A stretch of 64,000 bases of DNA from an uncultured Gemmatimonadales bacterium (GTDB lineage Bacteria; Gemmatimonadota; Gemmatimonadetes; Gemmatimonadales; Gemmatimonadaceae): contig CAVPQB010000002.1 of the NCBI GenBank assembly GCA_963707505.1, forward strand, positions 122,032 through 186,031, in the 5' to 3' direction. This document shows positions 62,089 to 64,000 of this stretch, piece after piece. The notes under the pieces are model-generated. The model did no database searches, had not been told where the DNA came from, and was given only the letters and a program-made list of their open reading frames with translations. The translations under genes and the position numbers were made by a program. Position 1 is the first letter of the stretch, and every line of letters begins with the position of its first letter.

Positions 62089-63602
62089 TTACGCTGCCGG
62101 TGCATAGCGCTCTCGTAGGTCGTCTTCCGCAGCGCGAATTAAGTCGCTAGCAATGACATAGGCCAGCACACGCCGATCTCGACCGCCGTTGTCATCAAAC
62201 GATGCAAAACGTAGCAACGCCGTCGCGACAGCAATCGCATACGCTGCCCTCTCCTCTCGACGATCCTTGGCGCAAGTCCGCACGGCTTTGATTGCCGCTG
62301 CTACGCTTTTCGCAAATCCGGACCGATCAATATTCTCGGCGGCCAACGGATACTGAAAAGCAGCTCGAATCGCGTCATCATCGGGAGCAACAGGCCAGTT
62401 CTCAGGCCAATAAAGTCTGCCGGAAACACGATACTTACCGTCGAGGCTGGCGGCATCCCAAACACGAGGAGCGTTTTGAGCAACCGTGGCGTAGTCGATA
62501 ACCGCCACGTCTTTCGTTCCGACATGAACGAAAAGGTTTCCGGCGTGCAGATCTCCGTGAACTTTGCTCAAGTGACACTCGACGGGCGGTAAGCCCAGCA
62601 GATTAGCGCGTAGTTCAGGCCAGTTTGGCGATCCACGCGCACTCGCCTCGTCCGCGACTCGCGTCAGCTCTTCGGAATCACGAAGATACCGCAAATCCCT
62701 GAAAATCGGGCCGAGCTTTTCGTAGGATGTTTCGGAGATCTGATGAAATCGATCGAATGTATGACTAAAGAGCGACCCAATTACATCGAGCGCGCCTTCT
62801 GTGAGGCATTCAAGGAGAGGCTGCGAACGCGCGAGGAAACGATAGACGACAGCATTTCGGCTATGCCCATCACAGCTTCGCTGCTCAACTATTGGCGCGT
62901 ACAAGCGCGACGGGATCGACTGCATCCTCGATGAGAGCAAAGCCCGATTTCTCCCGAGAGTTATCCGCTGTCTCAATCTTGACTACAAATTCGGTCGATG
63001 TTTGCTTCGCGTCCCTGGCGTTCATCGCGACACGCCAGGTTTCCGCGCTACTCCGGCCGACGCCTAGCTTGCGTAAGTACAGCGTTTCACAATCACGAAA
63101 GGCGCGCTGCAGGAGAGCCCTGCACTCGCCGTCATCGGGTTCGTCGCCTTCAAAACATAATTTCGTGTTAGCTGCCAACTCGAAACCAATCCCACCAACC
63201 AACGCCGCAACGGATTGCCACCGATTTTCCATGAATGGCTGCCACGATCCGACTCGCAAGCCCAATTGATCGATCATCCTTTCAAACTCTGCCAACTCAG
63301 CCTGAGTTGGCGGAGCAGCATCTCTACTTTCTGTGCGAGTCATTAACAGGATTCGCACCCCGTACGCTTCTGCGAGGCGTATCGCGGTCTTGGCGCGTTC
63401 GACGAAGCCAACAGTGTCGGCGACGGGGATGATCAGCGTGCGCGTGTTTGCAGCGTGGCATGCAAATGTTTCGCTATCTACCGCCATCACCGTGCACCGG
63501 CGATTGCTCTGGTCTTGCACCAAGGCACAAAGGGCTGCGTTCGCGTCGGGAGGTTCTGGCCATGCGACGATGTTTCGCTCCGTCGTGTTGGGTGGACGCC
63601 AT
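62089..63602 (-). CDS. TCAD9-like/APH-fold kinase with an N-terminal alpha/beta (receiver-like) domain (frameshifted)
   Basis: LLQRAFRDC, GRSSA, FVVK, E, VHGDLHAGNLFV, IDY, WDAASL; ATG 1 nt after the ThiF gene stop. Confidence 0.7.
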
Positions 63603-63603
63603 G

Positions 63604-64000
63604 CTAGACTCCACCGAGGCGACCTGGGAACGGGAACAGATCGCCCTTGCAACGCGTCCCGTACGGAGAGCACACGGGGCACAATGGAGCGCGCTCCACG
63701 GTTGCGCGGCTAACAACCCCAGAATCGAACCGTAGAAGTTGATAGCGGCTCGCCATGGGGATTCCGGTGAAAGCGGACAGCATCATTGTCACGGCCATAG
63801 AGCTCGCGGTCGCGTTTAACGACACGACTGCCGGCTGAGGAACGACGTCATCAACGATATACCGATCGCGAGCCCGCTCATCCACAGTCATCAAGTCGCG
63901 ACGTACCTGTTCCGAGTCTAGCACCTCGGCGCAGAGGAGGCACGGTTGACTCGGAGTCAGCATTTGTACGCGACCGACGATTCGCGTCAACTCTCGCCTG
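63604..64000 (-). CDS. ThiF/E1-like adenylyltransferase, C-terminal part (starts outside the window)
   Basis: GRVQML.P..PCLLC, PAVVSLNATASSMAV, CPVC; two CxxC zinc pairs. Confidence 0.82.
   Translation of the reverse strand, partial: RRELTRIVGRVQMLTPSQPCLLCAEVLDSEQVRRDLMTVDERARDRYIVDDVVPQPAVVSLNATASSMAVTMMLSAFTGIPMASRYQLLRFDSGVVSRATVERAPLCPVCSPYGTRCKGDLFPFPGRLGGV

Noticed and set aside
19813..63602. Mass pseudogenisation or programmed frameshifting in DMT, mqnD, hydrolase, merR, S9, lhr, AI-2E, DUF2156 and cassette genes
   Set aside because: The breaks are scattered single-base indels with conserved motifs intact on both sides (for example an 11-bp unit among 12-bp repeats at 29731), which is typical of long-read error. 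Only the IS3 A7G site is a credible programmed shift.
1..64000. tRNA, rRNA, integron integrase or prophage genes
   Set aside because: None recognised by eye; a covariance-model and HMM scan would be needed to exclude small RNAs.

Overview
GC-rich bacterial chromosome segment. The gene content (SusC/SusD without Bacteroidota-type sensors, MqnD, GS-I plus GS-III, Lhr, S41) suggests Gemmatimonadota, which is an inference. Many genes from about 19.8 kb onward are split by single-base indels, most likely long-read assembly errors. Left to right: a copper-uptake locus (Cys-rich leader, TonB receptor, CopC-CopD); YetF; EAL/HDOD; a SWIM protein with a perfect GAAC-N4-GTTC box; ECF sigma and anti-sigma; divergent glnA and glnN; a low-GC two-gene islet (Cys-rich lipoprotein plus membrane protein); housekeeping and transport genes; an acidic/basic histone-like protein; an IclR-cyanophycinase-SusC-SusD-S9 peptidase cluster; Lhr; cls; an orphan RepA-like gene; S41; AI-2E; DUF2461; DUF2156. 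From about 55.6 kb there is an integron-type cassette array with an attI-like site and four repeated motifs but no adjacent integrase. It has two intact attC sites, one degenerate attC, one attC split by an IS3 element, and HEPN-like cargo. The window ends with a ThiF/E1-like gene coupled to a TCAD9-like kinase. Best candidates for new biology: the integrase-less attI plus array, the SusCD-cyanophycinase locus, the NGPP-type copper leader, and the E1 plus kinase module.
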